64,000 nucleotides of DNA from Eledone cirrhosa (taxonomy: Eukaryota), in the NCBI GenBank assembly GCA_964016885.1, contig OZ024742.1:23002001-23066000 (forward strand), in the 5' to 3' direction. Position numbers and translations under genes: made by a program. The notes beneath the pieces are model-generated. The model worked only from the letters and a program-made list of their open reading frames with translations. It had not been told where the DNA came from and made no database searches. Positions 42,711 through 57,097 of the stretch are shown here, in pieces (the first letter of the stretch is position 1; each line of letters begins with the position of its first letter).

Positions 42711-43583
42711 TGTTTCTACTTTAGGCACAAGGCCATCAATTTACCAGTGCATTAGTGGTACTTTATTTTATCGACCCCGTAAGGATGAAAGGCAAAGTCA
42801 ACATCAGCGGGATTTGAACTCAGATCGTAAAGGGACGTAACTGTGCTGGAAAGCATGGCGTCCGACCCTCTACCGATACTGCCAATCCACCGCCCGAAAT
42901 AATAATAATAATGATTTCTAGTATAGGCACAAGGCCAGTAATTTGGGGGTAGGGGAAAATCTATCAAATCGACCCCAGTACGTTACTGGTGCTTTATTTT
43001 ATCGACCCCGTAAGGATGAAAGGCAAAGTTGACCTCGGCGGGATTTGACCTCAGACCGTAAAGGGCCATAACTCTATGAGTCAAAGCATGACGTCCAACT
43101 CTCTACCAATACTGCCAATCCACTACCCTAATAATAATTGTTTCTACTGTTGGCACAAGGCCAGCAATTATCCCAGTGCATTACATTACTGGTACTTTAT
43201 TTTATCGACCTCGTAAGGATGAAAGGCAAAGTTAACCTCGGCGGGATTTGAACTAAGTATGACAAGGTCCGTAACTCTATGCGTCAAATCATGGTGGCCG
43301 ACCCTCTAGCGATACTGCCAATCCACCAGATAATAATAATAATAATAATAATATTTCAATTTCTAAATACCTTTCTACAAATAGACAGTAATAGACGTGT
43401 GTCATATATGTGGACATGGATGGGCAGTATAGGTAGAGGGTCGGACACCATGCTTTGCAGCAAAGAGTTGCGGCGCTTTATGGTCTGAGTTCAAATCCCG
43501 CCGAGGTTAACTTTGCCTTTCATCCTTACGGGGTCGATAAAATAAAGTACCATAATGCTTTGTGCCAAAAGTAGAAACAATTA
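42711..43583. mobile_element. Stack of four Deu/Nin-core SINEs: three head-to-tail on minus (42711-42897, 42913-43128, 43139-43328) and one on plus (43417-43583)
   Basis: Core and tail are repeated. Each minus copy is separated by (AAT)n and has the same polarity as the Tx1 copies. Confidence 0.92.
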
Positions 43584-44593
43584 TGAAGTAAAGCTGTCAT
43601 TTAAACACATGTACACAATGTTGTCATTCTAATTATGGAGGTCATGTGACTGAAGGCGTATAACTTTAAATGTAGCATTGAATGATATATTTGATAAAGC
43701 ATTGGAGATGTATACGATCGACCAGTTAACGACATAGTGACAGCTTCCGGTAATACAATAGCTACCACCGGAAGACATCAGTAAGTGACATTTAATCTGC
43801 TTCAGTCATATTACTTACAAGATATCGTTACTCTTATTTACTGTAGTCAGGTGTATTATTTCGGGAGAAGATGGTGGTTGTACTGTAGATATTTTTCATG
43901 TCTGTGATGTGCTTGTTAGTGTTGGAGTTGCTGGTGATGGCGCTGGTATGCATGGTGACGGTGTAGATACCGAGGAAATGGCAAAGGTAGATAGCTGATA
44001 AAATCATGTAATAATTCAGCAGTAAATATTTAATCATAGATATGTTAATTCAAATGCTTCTAGTATCTTTACTAATGGATAGATCATTGTGACAATTTGC
44101 ACTAAACTAAAGTAAAAGCTTTAACAAATAAAACCATGTGTTTACGCAAATGGACAGATTTCTTGGGTAAAACCTACTGGTATTTATCGTTGAGGACTCT
44201 GCCCCCACCCCATCAACTCTCCCAAGAAGAAGAAGAAGAAGAAGAAGAAGAAGACGATGACCACGACGACTTTGAATGTATGTTTATAAAATGAACACTA
44301 CTACAAAACGCATTTGCGTACAACATAGTGGAAGAAGTAACCTTATAAACACACTGAGACGGAGAAAAAGATGCAACATATAGCCAGTGTGTTCGACTGC
44401 TTATATTCTATACTGCGTCCTGGCAGAATACTTTAAGCTCAAACAACTTTAGACACATAACATTTTAATAAGATGCACAGTGCTGTTTATGTATATATGT
44501 ATATACATACATACATATATAAATACATACAGATATACCTATATACATATATATATATATATGTGTGCATATATCTATATTTATATATATATA

Positions 44594-44786
44594 TAGGAAA
44601 AAGTATGACCCCGACGGCAGAGCTCAAGCCGTTTCGACGGCTATTTCTAGACTCAGAAATAGCCTTCGAAACGGCTTGAGCTCTGCCGTCGGGGTCATAC
44701 TTTTTCCTATTTCCCACTCTACTACTCTAAGTATTGAGTACTCTGGTACGTTATGGTCCTTTTGGTTCCTTACCACAATTCCTTTG

Positions 44787-44788
<2 letters not shown>
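44594..44788 (+). mobile_element. Hammerhead-derived fold-back element with a near-perfect hairpin of about 55 bp
   Basis: TAGGAAAAAGTATGACCCCGACGGCAGAGCTCAAGCCGTTTCGACGGCTATTTCT..AGAAATAGCCTTCGAAACGGCTTGAGCTCTGCCGTCGGGGTCATACTTTTTCCTA, then GTATTGAGTAC and (TA)n. Confidence 0.85.
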
Positions 44789-44848
<60 letters not shown>

Positions 44849-44879
44849 AAATGTATATATGTATATGTGTATGTATTTA

Positions 44880-44930
<51 letters not shown>

Positions 44931-45399
44931 GCATACATGCATCAAATCATCCATACTTTCATCCAAGCATCCATCCATCCGTCCATCTATCCATCATGCA
45001 TATACGTAATATACATATATACATGCATAAATTCATCCAATCATGTACGCATACATATAAACACATACATAAATGTATAAATCCTTACATATATCCATAT
45101 ATACATACGTACATACACATATATACGTGCATACATACATGCATAGATACATATATACACATACATATGATCATAAATCCATACATACCTGTATTCATTC
45201 ATACATATATACACATATTTTTCCAAAAATCTATACATACGTACTTCCATTGATATAGACATACATACATACTAAAAACATATATACAGATTTATACAAA
45301 TACATGCATAGACACATAAATATATATATACATATCTTCACATACATATATATATATATTAGAATATAAATATTAATAAAATAGATGTTCTTTTGATCA

Positions 45400-45454
45400 A
45401 TTACATTTTATTATACATATTTCGGATGTACGTCCTCATCAGACAGAATATAAT
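45400..45454 (-). ncRNA. Hammerhead ribozyme, left inverted pLTR
   Basis: Minus strand: ATTATATTCTGT-CTGATGA-GGACGTACATCC-GAAA-TATGTA-TA-ATAAAATGTAAT. Confidence 0.85.
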
Positions 45455-45901
45455 GATATATGACATACCCTGAGATATTAAATGGTTAAGATTTAATCAA
45501 GGTAGTAATTAACCTAAGAGAAAATTTAACATTTATACCCTAATAATGAGAAAATCCGAAAACGTTATAAATTCAATAGAGAATGTGTGAGTAAGAAAAA
45601 CGTTGCTTAATGTACCAGTTATCGAGATTTTAATATGTATGATACTACAATTTATCTAGGAAAGCATTTCATGAATTATAACAGTCAGTGAGAGAAGGGG
45701 GATAATGCATGCAGAAGGAGATTTTTTTCCGAAAGTTAAACGGTTAAGTTTGAAAATATTTAATTTATGTTATCTTAGGGTGAAGAATCAATATTTAAGG
45801 TTTTTTTTTAAAATTGGTGGTTATTTATATATTAGTTTTGTAAATTTTATAAGTGTGTTAACATTTCTAAGCTTCTGAAGTTGTTGATGATAAGATTAAA
45901 A

Positions 45902-46820
45902 ATATCAGCCAATATTTGAGGAAAATGCTGAATACTATAACAACGCGTTAAAAAGAACAGGATATACGAATAACATAGAATATGTAGATAATAATATTCC
46001 AACTATTAATCTTAATAAAAATAATAACTTATATAAGGGAAACTCTATTAATTATAATTCAAACACCCAAACGCCAAATAAATCGAGGATAAGAACTAGA
46101 ACTAAACCAGTCATATGGTTTGACCCCCACCCCCACTGCTTCTGTCGCAGTTAAAACACCAATCGCAAAATTATTCTTTAAAGCTCTTGACACTTCTTTC
46201 CCTACTCAACATAAATACCATTCCATTTTTAATAGACATACCATTAAATTCTCACATTCTACAACCAGTAACATGGCCCAAAACATTGCCAAATTAAACA
46301 CCAAAATCCTAAAACAAAACCAGCATAATGATATTAATAACAGGGTTAACATAAATGATACTAAACCTAAATGTAATTGTAGAAATAAAACAGATTGCCC
46401 TTTGCAAAATAATTGTTTAGATAGTAATTTGGTTTATAAATGCACCGTAAAAACTGATCACAATACTTACAACTACATAGGATCCACTTCTTTAACTTTT
46501 AAAGCCAGATTTACGAACCATAAATGCTCATTCATGAACTGAAAGAGGAAATCATCCACGTTTTTATCACAGCTCATATGATCATTAAAAGAGAAGAATT
46601 TAAAATAGTCCATTCTTTGGACAAAACTTCGGAAATGTGGAGTTTACCACAACTCTAGTATATCAAATAACTGCGCGCTCTGTACAATGGAGACCCTGTT
46701 GATTATTAACAACTACGAGACCCTAATTAACAAAAAAAGTGAATTATTCTCTAGTTGCCTCCCACAAAACGAGAAAAAAAGAGAGAGAAACATTAAACCA
46801 TTAAAAACTTGGTTGTGAGA
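45902..46820 (+). pseudogene. Penelope RT thumb/linker, Zn finger and GIY-YIG endonuclease remnant
   Basis: IFEENAEYYNNALKRTGY; FPTQHKYHSIFNRHTIKFS; CNCRNKTDCPLQNNCL; LVYKC..YIGST..FKARFTNH; CALCTME..LINKKSE. Stops and frameshifts are present. Confidence 0.9.
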
Positions 46821-47260
46821 TCTATAAAATCAACAGGTAAAATTGTTAGTGTACTTTCATATTGCACTATCTTATAACTATCTATAGAAGAAATAACGAT
46901 CGAATGAAAGACACTTGTTCAATAACATGCCGGTACATTGATACACATAACATTATTCTGTTAACTTTGATCCATACCGTTATTTCTTCATTTCTCTATC
47001 CTTATCTTCCTACTTATGTTTTAAATCTGAGTTTTGTATCCAACCCTTACATCTTTACTGAACTTATTTATAACTGCGAATTTTTCATGCGTTTCTGATC
47101 TCTTATTTATAATGTGTATGTAATTATATTTTCTATGTTTTTAAATATACCTACCGCATTCTTATATCCATGATTCAAATATAGAGCAAATATCCAAATT
47201 ACAAATTATTATAAACATTATTTCGAACTATGAATTATCCATGCATTTATTATTGTTTTT

Positions 47261-47353
<93 letters not shown>

Positions 47354-48243
47354 CTTTAACACGTAAAACTTTATTATATAAAATTATAACTGTATCACAA
47401 ATACATAATATAAAATATATCCATATATAACTCCCAAGTATCTTTATATACATCATTTTCAGTTAACTTCTAAATTATTTGATTGTTTTTACTTTGAGCC
47501 AGGAATACATGTACACACGTTTATATATAGGTATATATTTAGTTTTAACATGCCTCAACCTATTATTTTATTTTATTTTATTTTAATTTTATTTTCATTA
47601 TCATTTACCTAAAATATACTGGCTCATTAATTAATTAATATATATGTAAATACATAACCGCTATTTAAATGTTATAACAATAAGTACTTCAAAAGCTTTA
47701 TATACCTAATACGTTGACAATAACTAACTTCATTAAAGATTACATTTAGGAAAATATTCAACAGTGTATACTTTCCTTAATAATGGCCAGCTAAACCCTT
47801 TTAATCTTATCATCAAAAAATTCAGAAGCTTAGAAATGTTAACGCACTTATAAAATTTACAAAACTAATATATAAATAACCACCAATTTTAAAAAAAACC
47901 CTTAAATATTGATTCTTCACCCTAAGATAACATAAATTAAATATTTTCAAACTTAACCGTTTAACTTTCGGAAAAAAATCTCCTTCTGCATACATTACCC
48001 CTTCTCTCACTGACTGTTATGATTCATGAAATGCTTTCCTAGATAAATTGTAGTATCATACATATTAAAATCTCGATAACTGGTACACTAAGCAACGTTT
48101 TTCTTACTCACACATTCTCTATTGAATTTATTACATTTTCGCATTTTCTCATTATTAGAGTATAAATGTTAAATTTTCTCTTAGGTTAATCACTACCTTG
48201 ATTAAATCTGAACCATTTAACATCTCAGGGTTTGTCATATATC

Positions 48244-48306
48244 ATTATATTTTGTCTGATGAGGACGTACTGTTGTACATCCGAAATATGTATAATAACA
48301 TGTAAT
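48244..48306 (+). ncRNA. Hammerhead ribozyme, right pLTR
   Basis: ATTATATTTTGT-CTGATGA-GGACGTACTGTTGTACATCC-GAAA-TATGTA-TA-ATAACATGTAAT. Confidence 0.85.
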
Positions 48307-49530
48307 TGATCAAAAGAACATCTATTTTATTAATATTTATTTTCTAATATTAATAACTCCTGAAATTTATTTTACCGTAGAGTGCTTACAATCTACTGTA
48401 AAACTCATTCTTTGATATACTCATTGAATTTTGTTTAACTCTTCAATATATATATGTCTATATATATATATATATATATATATACATGTCGCTATGCAGT
48501 GCACAATTCCCAGTCATTTATCATAGCTCAGGTTATTTCGGCTTTGTTTAATATTTTTAAATTTGATTGTGCCTTTTTGCAGTGAACCATGAGGCCACAC
48601 GGTTTACTGCAATTGTCATACATCTGATGTCTTTTGGCATTAGACACTAGTGAATCCATCATTTATATTCATTAAGAGAAGTTCTATCAAACACGCCGTT
48701 GGGCCTTAATTGTTGAAGAACAACAAAAGTGATGATAATAATAGACTTGATTTAGAATACAATTTCAAATACTAATGTAATTTTCACATGAATCTTTGAC
48801 GTATTCGTAAACGCACGAATCAATGTATCATGTAATTTCACAGACGTTTGGCTATTGTCTGTGGGTAAAAATATTTTCATTGCCAATTGATGACATCCAA
48901 ATTTGTCTTGTGTATATAATTGGGCGGCAGAGGTAGTGTTTTCAATTGTGAAACAGTCTGAAACCCAATATGTCGTACCTAAATGTTTCCTTAAATACAT
49001 TCATACATACATTCACATATATTTAGATACCCCTCGTTATCGAGTATGACCATTGCACGATATACCATTATTAATGATTATTAATTAATTCTATCGTGCA
49101 ATGCCTGTGCGTGAAGATATTTTTTAAAGTGAGGAAAGACTGTGCACTGAGCCAATCCCACTCACTGAGCGACAGTATCTATAACCCGAAAATAAGAAAA
49201 GATCAACATCATCGGTAACTACTGAGCCGCAGGTTTTATATCGGAGTTATCCCAGTTTCCTGAGTTGCATTCTCCTAGACGAATGCCCTGAAAAAGGCTA
49301 GGGGTCTTTCACGGCCATTGGTTTAACCGCACAATCGGGTGTCCAGCCCGACTATTACTACGTCCCCGCACATATACATACACATGGACCCATGTATATA
49401 CACATATACATATACATATATATGTACATGTGTATATACATATTTACCCACTTTTGGATGGCCGTTGACTCTTATGAGTTCTTCCGCCCTTTGTCAGGTT
49501 TTGTTCGTATACAGGAAACTGACTGGCCAG

Positions 49531-49628
49531 TCTGCTGATATGCAAATCTGGCTTATCAGTGGATCTGCTAATATGTAGATCTGCCTGATCAACAAGTTTG
49601 CTAATATGCAAATCAGACCGATCAGTCA
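49531..49628. repeat. Three 33-bp tandem units containing the octamer ATGCAAAT
   Basis: The TYTGCTRATATGYARATC unit places octamer positions at 49540, 49573 (variant) and 49606. Confidence 0.75.
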
Positions 49629-49872
49629 CTGTGTATTTTTGAAAATAGCATATATTTTCACTAGCTCTGACAGTTTGGCAGGTGAACAGTGAGCTGTACT
49701 GATGAAGGGTGATACCAAGAAACATTAGTGTCTGCAGTTCTGTTCACATGCCAACACAAGCGCAAGCATGAAGGGTTCATTCTAATGACATGGCTATAAA
49801 ATTGAGGCTTACTTGCATAATTGCAAACGAATCGAATGTTATTATTAATATTCGAAAAATTCAGATTACATT

Positions 49873-49913
<41 letters not shown>

Positions 49914-50041
49914 TTTATTAAAATAACAGATTAAAGTTTAAGCAAATAATCGCTGCTTTCACCCTTAACGGGATCTTCATTTGATATATATTTATCTTTA
50001 TCGAGCCCTCTTTAGATTTTAGTCTTCAAATTTATTATTAT

Positions 50042-50080
<39 letters not shown>

Positions 50081-50544
50081 GAACAAATTAAAGTTTAAGC
50101 AAAGAATCGCAGCTTTCACCTTTAACGGGATCTTCTGAAACTTAAAAATTCAATCTGTGGATGAGAAGTAAGTATTTCGAAAAACGTTACAACCGAAGGA
50201 AATCAGGAAGACGATACTTTGGTTTGTGAAGACGTTCCCTGGGAATGGAAGAAAGAAAAAAAGCGAAGATAATTAAGTCGTTTTTGTCTTTGCGGGAAAT
50301 TGTTCTCCTCGCTCCACATAATGATGTAATAAAGAAGAAAAGGAAATAAGTAAAAAGAAAGAATAGGGATATATACAGAAAAAAGAGAAAAAGAAAGAAA
50401 AAAAGAAATGGAAGGGGAGGGTATGGCAAGAACACTGGTGTCGTAGAAGAAAAGGGAGGGGTGAAGGGGCGGGGATGATTGGGTTTTGGGCCTACGGCAA
50501 GGGCGCATATATATAAAGACAATTTTGAACTCAGAAGAATAACT

Positions 50545-50745
50545 ATGGTTTCTTATATAGGCACAAGGCCAGCAATTTTGGGGCCGGAGAAAGTCAATTA
50601 AATCGACGCCAGTGCCTGACTGGTACTTTATTTTATCGACCCCGTAAAGAGGAAAGGCAAATTGAACTTAGATTGTAAAGGGCCGTAACTCTATGCTGCA
50701 AAGCATGGTGTCCGACCCTCTACCGATACTGCCAATCTACCGCGC
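50545..50745 (-). mobile_element. Deu/Nin-core SINE; further degenerate copies at about 6790-7000(-), 53200-53350(-), 58330-58470(-) and 61965-62230(+)
   Basis: GGTTTCTTATATAGGCACAAGGCC tail and GGTACTTTATTTTATCGACCCCG core. Confidence 0.85.
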
Positions 50746-52911
50746 TAAGAAGAATAACTATGGAAACAGATATAAAAAATCTGGTAAAAATAAACCTATA
50801 CACGAAAAAATTGGCCAGCAGCCACTGCAGAGTTCGTTTCTCTGTTGTTCGACTGATAGAACGGATTGCTCATGAAATGAATGTGTAAGTAGCTGAACAG
50901 TCCACAAACATGTGTTCTATTAATGTAGTTCTCAGGAAGATTCAACTCGAGACGATGTATGACAAGACTGGGTCATTGAATTATAATTACAATCAATCTG
51001 ATGGGTTTTGAGGAGCTTCCATCTCCCCAATTTCACTCAAAAAGCATGGGTTGAACAGACGCAAAATGAAATCGCCCTGAGAATTAAGTTGGAGTCACAC
51101 ATGTCCGTGGAGTACGTAGTCACATGCTAATTTTGGGAGTAGGTCGTTCCATTGAATGAACAAACACCCATTGTCGAAATCGCTGGAAGTGTATTTCATT
51201 TTTAGGCACTAACTGTTTAATCATCATTTCCTCCCACTCTGTGATGAAAGTCAACATTTACAGATAAAGTAATTGCCTACTATATTCATACTATGCCAAT
51301 CCAATAAACATTTAAACATAACAATATAGTCAACACTTAGAAAAATGATCTACCTGCCAGAGCTTAATCATCAACATTTTACAAACTGCCAATCCTATTC
51401 AATAATTAAATACAACAAATTATAAACACTTATTCCTTTAAAACCAACATTTAGCAATCACTATGTTTATCAAATAAACAATTACTAGTTGCTATATCTA
51501 TGTAATCAACATTTATATTCTGTAATGTGTATCAAAGCAATTGCTATGTCTATCAATCTTCATATAGAAACGGTTGTATATATGCAATTAATATTTTATT
51601 AGCTGATATATCTATCTATTCAATATTTATAAAGTGCGACTAACTACTGTATGTCTACCAGCTGTATATAATGCTTTCATTGTCAAATTGCTGCAGTATA
51701 TATTATGGATATGTATTTAGAAGGGAGGTTGTGTAGATGTTCTGAAAATGATCACTATTTGTCTATGCCGGTCGCCAATATAAGTCGTGTGAATATTTCT
51801 ACATTGTATCATTTGGCCAACAAATACCAGCTGTCTGAAATAATCGATAAACTACAGGCTGTGCAGAATTTAGACAACTACAAACTATATTCATGTTAAT
51901 CTAGTGTGTCTAGTTAACTTCTTTCTACATACTAAGTCTCTCAGATTCTGCTACCCAGACACTATGTCTTTCACTCTCTTCCCTCTCTCCTTTCTTTTAT
52001 CGCTTTCTCTCTCTCTATTCCTCGCACGGTAAACATTACTTATTTCTCTGATTGCTTGCAAAATAAACGTAATCAACATGCTTAAAATATAGGTCATTGA
52101 TTTCTACCTCTACGCTCCTAAATATATTGGTAATTGATTACAAGTTAAAAGGTAAATATTTATTGGCGATTTTGCCTGAAACAATTTTCGAAAATTAGGG
52201 TTCCTGGCTTTCTGTGAAATAAAATAAATGAGTTCACAGCGTGATCAATTTAGTAGGAAATCATATCGCAAAAATGTAGTGAGAATATAATCTATACTTG
52301 CCCGGGAAATAATAGTGATCTCTATTAAGTCAAATTTTGTATCTAATACATTGAGAGTTCAGGAAAATCAGTAATACAGAATATGCTCTGTGAAGAGGTT
52401 ATGACAAATAACCATTTGGCTGATTTCTTCTTCTCATATATAGTTGTTATCTATTATGTCTTTTATTTCCAGCTGTTTTCATTGATTACATTAACGGAGA
52501 TAAAGAAAGAATATCTCCTCCCATTCTATTGAAGCAATTTTCTTAATTTGTCATCTTAAAATATTCCTAGCTACAGGCTAAATCTACGAATATTTTCACT
52601 AAATCTATGGACTGAGAAAAATTGGTTGCTATACATTATTAATTGATTCCCTAGGATGGAAAATACTTTCGGAATGGTTCAAATAAACGTGTTTTGTCTT
52701 GGCCTTCGTAAGAATATGTTACTTCCACTTACCAGCTTGATTCACAACATGTCATTGAAGATTTACAAAGTTGAAAGTGGCAAATATGAGTCGGTTGTTA
52801 CCATCCCAGATAATTATCCACCATGTTGGAATGGATTAGAAACTAACGAGGATATACATGTGTGCCTTAGCTAGACCTCGCTGAGCACTATACTCTCTTC
52901 AAGATCGATCA

Positions 52912-53002
<91 letters not shown>

Positions 53003-53007
53003 TTCTG

Positions 53008-53061
<54 letters not shown>
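52912..53061. repeat. Compound (CTA)n(CTG)n(CTA)n microsatellite
   Basis: Directly visible. Confidence 0.98.
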
Positions 53062-54967
53062 GAGTATGACTTGGTAGCATGTATCCTTGTTTCTCTAATC
53101 TTTTATGTAACCATGCAGCCACCCACTAAGGCAAATATACTGCCCAAGTCCTCTCACACTTGATCCACCAGGAATTGTATCATGTAAGATAAAGGTGAGA
53201 AGAGTGTTGTCTCAGCTCTAGGCTGGTTCTTTCTTTATCAACACCAGAAGAATGTAAGAGACAATCACCTGTGGTGGGATTTGAAAAGTATGCCAAAAGC
53301 AATACCTCAATGGCTTTTGCGAAATTCTAATAACTTTGTCAATCGGCCACTTTGTGTCCTAGTCTTAGTCGTACATGCTGCTACATTGGGTAGCGCAGTA
53401 AGCGATGAGAATCTAACACGTGATCTATTGGTGCTCTTTCGCATCCATTCTTAATGATGTTCACGGCCTTCAGATCATCTTGAAATATCCATCGGCATAG
53501 GATTTTGGTCTACATATTCGGTGGAGGCTAGTGGTAAGGGTGTTAGACTTACGATCGTAATGTTGTGAGGTCGATTCCTGGGCTGGTTTGTGTGTTGTGG
53601 TCTTGAGCAAAACACTTCATTTCACGTTCTTCCATATACTCAGCTGTTAATGCGTGCTAACAATAGTTGGGGTTGACCCTGCGATGGACTGGCGTCCTAC
53701 CTAGGGGGGTGTCTGGTACTTACAGTCGCTTCACGCCATGAAACTGAGGTAAGTACCGGCCTGACGAACCTTCTGGCTTAAAACAGAGCCTAGCCCTTTT
53801 CCGTTTGCTTCTAAGACGAGTTCAAGTTATCACCATTTTCGTTTATAATCTGGTTTCCCCAGGTGACCTTCATAATGTTTCTGATACAGTCGTGTAAGTT
53901 AAGATTAATAAAGATGCAACTAATGAAAGAAAACCGTGGTACGACTTTAGTCACAGATTGATGAACATTAAATCCTCACGTCACAAGAACCAATTCCCCA
54001 TCTCCTAAATATATAAATACACTACTTCAGGTAATAAACAGTAAGGACAAACAATAATATGAGTTTTCATATCACACATTCACTGAACACTTAGTTTAAA
54101 TACTCTCATTATCTGCCCAACACCCCAGCCCTCGCCCAGGAAAAAATATCTCATTATTGGTTTCAATAAAACCTATAAACAGCTTTTTTAAAAAAAGCCA
54201 TTAGCAATGATGTTATTATGAGTGAGTTTATACTTATTTCTGTTTGTTTCTAGGATATGCTACATTTACGACAATCTGTCAATGGCTTTATATAGTAACA
54301 TGGGGTAGGCGTTCTCCCTTCAGTTAAACCGAAGCCAATTAATAACAACTTCAGTTTATTTGTATTGCCAACTAGACTGTATTTTTCATTGAAAAGGGAG
54401 ATAATCTATAACGACAGCTAGACAGAAACAAATATACAGTTTGTATTCTAATTCTCTATCAACTAGAGTAGGCTGCTCAACCATAATCGTTTCAGGAATG
54501 CAATAAAAAACATCTTAATTAACTCTCTGATTAATTTCTGTTTTCGATTTTATCTAACAATCTTTGTTTTAATTAAGGTTTTACCTTTTTTATTTATTGC
54601 TGTATTTGTTATTTTCCAATTATTAATAGATTGGAATTTCGATTTGATGTTACGATAAAAATCAATTTCGGATTGCTTCATGACATCCAATTTATAAAAG
54701 TAACAAGGTTTCTAACTTCAGTTATTTATCTTAGCTGCAGTTTATCACTATTCTGTACCAATTCCATTCCATCATAGTAAAGCTGTAATTTAAAACTAAA
54801 CAATACAGCTTTGATATTAAATGCGTAGTAGTTTTTATACTGCAGTATTCGCTTAGATATCATTGTGTATAAAGAAACTCTAAACACCTGAATGAGTTAT
54901 TTTAATGCAGCTTTGATTTGGTTATGTGTTGTGAAATATTTGACTGATATATCATAGCTAATCCACC

Positions 54968-55264
54968 CAGGGCCGGATTTTAATGGGGGCGAGGGACAAA
55001 GGAGGCAATTGCCTCAAGCTCTCTGCAGTGGGGAGCTACACTGACGACAGCCGTAGCAATTTATTTGTACCATTAGCTGGGCGTGTTAGTTTTAGAATGG
55101 TTAGAATATTTTTGAATTGAATACCTGTATGTATAACTTTTCAATTTCAATTCCAATTACCTGCGCCAATATAAAATTGGTAGGTTTGCTGTGCATTCTA
55201 ATTCTTTGTGTATCAGCCCCAACATGAAGAGCCTCGGTCCCTCTAAGGTCTAAATCCAACCCTA
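54968..55264. mobile_element. hAT-type MITE
   Basis: Terminal inverted repeats CAGGGCCGGATTT and AAATCCAACCCTA, with an imperfect 8-bp target duplication AATCCACC / AATCCATT. Confidence 0.65.
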
Positions 55265-56024
55265 AATCCATTTGAATTAGATAAAACTGGTAACATTATT
55301 AATATGGTCTAGTCGATAATTATTAATGTTTAGTCAATAAGAACATTTCCAGAGACTCAAAGTCGGAAGAAAGGTGGGAGATATAACCTCACTTGGGAGA
55401 TCGATTCATAATGAGTACAACAGAATAGATTCTGTTAGATACATCAAAGGGCCATATGGTGGTGTAAAACCACGTGACGGTTTAACACCAACATTCAACC
55501 AGATCACCAGGGGATTTGAACTCAGCGCATAGACACCTGTGTGAAGGCGCATGGCTTAGTGGTTACAGCATTGGGCTTGCAATCGAAAGGTTGTGAGTTC
55601 AATTCTCGGACCGGGTAATGTGTTGTTTCCTTGAGCAAGGCACTTTGTTTCACGTTGCTCCAGTTTACTCAGCTGTAGAAATGAGATGATAGGACTGGGG
55701 TCCCTATCATTGAAATTACCCAAGACACCTCCAACGAGATATACCTTGGAGGAGGCCAGCTAAAACCTGCATAGATGTGATCTGTCACACACTAACACTC
55801 ACAACTCATCTAACGTTATAACAATTTCATTAAGCCATTCTCCTGTTTTGATATTTATTTTGGCGGCACCGAAGGTATGGAAGCAACACTAGATATTGAC
55901 GGGTGATGAAGTTAGAACCAGAATAGATACCACAATAACGATTCTGATATGTTGGCACCTGTTAGCATGGTCAGCTAAGGTAATGTTTGAATCAAGTGTT
56001 CTGGCCAAAAATAATAATGTTGAT

Positions 56025-56081
<57 letters not shown>

Positions 56082-56625
56082 ATATATATATATGAATAAA
56101 GTGGTCCTTCATCAGTGATCTTCCAACTATCACAGGTATTTCTTCGCTTTAAAGACCATATACCTCCGGTTAGGGCGAGCAACGGCTAAAAAAAGCCGTT
56201 GAGACACGTAAATAAAGGGGACAGCGAGAGTGTAAACAAACAAAGATGGTGAAGCAACGAAAAGTGAGGAAGAACGAGTCAAGTCCCAAATTTCCATGAA
56301 TATAAGTTCGGTGAAATCGTGAACGAGAGAGAATAAAGACCAGCAAACCTGGTTGGAATGTGAGCAAGGATGGAATTCCGTACAGGTCTAACGGGAGGAA
56401 GAAGGAATCTAGTCTGTGAATTCGGTGAACATATAGAATACATGTACGTCAATACTCATCTTTTTCCATTTATCTGAGGGTTCTAAACCCCATTATCAGG
56501 CTAAATTTTCTTTAGTCAAAAATAGGGTGAAAGCTATTCTATTTTCTAATTTCAAACCTGCTCACTGTTTCAAAAACATACTTACTATATATACATATAA
56601 ATATATATACTTACTATATATATAC

Positions 56626-56718
<93 letters not shown>

Positions 56719-57027
56719 TATATATAAATATATATATACATATATGTATATATATTTTGACTTGATTCTAACTTCAAGGGATTATATTTATTATTTGTTT
56801 CTCTCTCTTTCTCTGTCTTTCCCCTCTCTCTTTCTCTGTGTGTGTGTCGGTGTGTGAACTAGTAGTTTCTCATCTTAATATATGATAACATTCTTTTTTA
56901 TATATCGTTTAAATTTGTATAATTGATGCTCTGAGCTTAATGTTCATTGAGCTAATTTTGTTGAAAACATAATCGATATATGGATAGATTTAATCCTAAT
57001 TATATTTTATGTACATATAATATAATA

Positions 57028-57097
<70 letters not shown>

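Larger units (their letters stand above)
45358..48446 (+). mobile_element. 5'-truncated Penelope-like element (probably Naiad clade) with inverted pLTRs
   Basis: Inverted repeats of about 545 bp (45358-45901 and 47799-48350) flank a decayed ORF. Both arms carry a hammerhead and both ends lie in (TA)n. Confidence 0.9.

Noticed and set aside
42711-43345. Regularly repeated units resembling a CRISPR array or tRNA gene cluster
   Set aside because: The units are SINEs of about 200 bp with (AAT)n linkers, no unique spacers and no complete cloverleaf, in a eukaryotic context.
46540-46610. In-frame TGA codons in the Naiad-like ORF as selenocysteine
   Set aside because: They fall at non-Cys positions (one where Trp is expected) alongside a TAG and frameshifts, which is ordinary decay.
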